This document shows positions 63,764-64,000 of a stretch of DNA of 64,000 bases, piece after piece. The number at the start of each line of letters is the position of its first letter. Positions within the stretch are counted from its first letter, which is position 1. The notes below the pieces were generated by a model. That model ran no database searches. It was not told where the DNA came from and saw nothing but the letters and a program-made list of their open reading frames with translations. The translations under genes were made by a program, and so were the position numbers. This DNA comes from an uncultured Gammaproteobacteria bacterium (GTDB lineage: Bacteria > Cyanobacteriota > Vampirovibrionia > LMEP-6097), in the NCBI GenBank assembly GCA_964512985.1, contig CAZELI010000011.1, positions 383 to 64,382 on the forward strand, given 5' to 3'.

Positions 63764-64000
63764 GACCTGAATTAGGTTTGACAGAATCCCGAATATCAGC
63801 CAATTCAGGGATTAGCTTTAATGGTTTTTCTACTTGTAAATGCAATGGTTTTGCATCTTCTCCTAGCTCATATTTGGTGAGAAGAGGGAATTGTTTTGGC
63901 TTAGTTTTCACGCAATTTTTCACCAGCTCACGATTTGCATCATACCAGCCTAACAATTCTTGTAATATTTGATAACGAGGGAGATTATTACTTGATTTTC
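63729..64000 (-). CDS. Partial CDS; N-terminus lies beyond the right window edge. Unknown function.
   Basis: Hand extension of the minus-strand frame upstream of the track start stays open to position 64000 (...KSSNNLPRYQILQELLGWYDANRELVKNC...). Confidence 0.4.
   Translation of the reverse strand, partial: KSSNNLPRYQILQELLGWYDANRELVKNCVKTKPKQFPLLTKYELGEDAKPLHLQVEKPLKLIPELADIRDSVKPNSGLIAHSQQKYSE

Noticed and set aside
1-64000. Search for transposase, integrase, RAYT, reverse transcriptase, Cas or phage structural genes that could explain the repeats and insertions
   Set aside because: None of the six-frame ORFs of 60 aa or more shows DDE, tyrosine or serine recombinase, HUH/Y1, RT (YxDD) or Cas-like motifs. 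The mobile features in this window are all non-autonomous.

Overview
Visibly AT-rich bacterial chromosomal window from a diderm (Lnt and GT-C/Arn-like envelope genes are present). The gene content hints at a cyanobacteria-related, non-photosynthetic or similar lineage (ferredoxin-type sulfite reductase, CobT-like UPF0284, DUF212, CtpA, DUF309), but that lineage call is inference only. All product calls come from motifs read in the supplied translations or my own hand translation; no searches were run.

Layout:
- 1-1.6 kb: hipBA toxin-antitoxin locus. hipA runs off the left edge.
- 1.6-9.3 kb: housekeeping genes (CDP-alcohol phosphatidyltransferase, thrB, S41 peptidase, dus) and tRNA-Asp.
- 9.3-17 kb: accessory stretch with an 842-aa secreted protein carrying GPDQGQ repeats, an SGNH-like protein, two alpha/beta hydrolases and hypotheticals.
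- 17-31 kb: maf, a GuaB-like gene, and a siroheme plus assimilatory sulfate reduction supercluster (cobA, sirC, cysH, sir, cysN, cysD). A two-gene cassette of unknown function is wedged between cysD and cysN.
- 31-51 kb: a large envelope-glycan cluster. It has a dTDP-sugar pathway, a DegT aminotransferase, a formyltransferase, an ArnC-like GT2, several GT-C-like membrane proteins, a split Rieske oxygenase, four methyltransferases and asnB. Two type II TA pairs lie at or inside this cluster.
- 51-64 kb: gltA, a permease, a hydrolase, DUF212, a polyprenyl synthase, and lnt flanked by paralogous Ig-like secreted proteins.

Superimposed on this are:
- A family of about 110-bp REPIN/MITE-like palindromic doublets. 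One is inserted in-frame in a CDS.
- Three diverged AAA-ATPase/PD-(D/E)xK-like genes.
- A recurrent TATAAT-N6-9-start-codon (apparently leaderless) promoter architecture.

No rRNA, CRISPR array, transposase, integrase or RAYT was seen.
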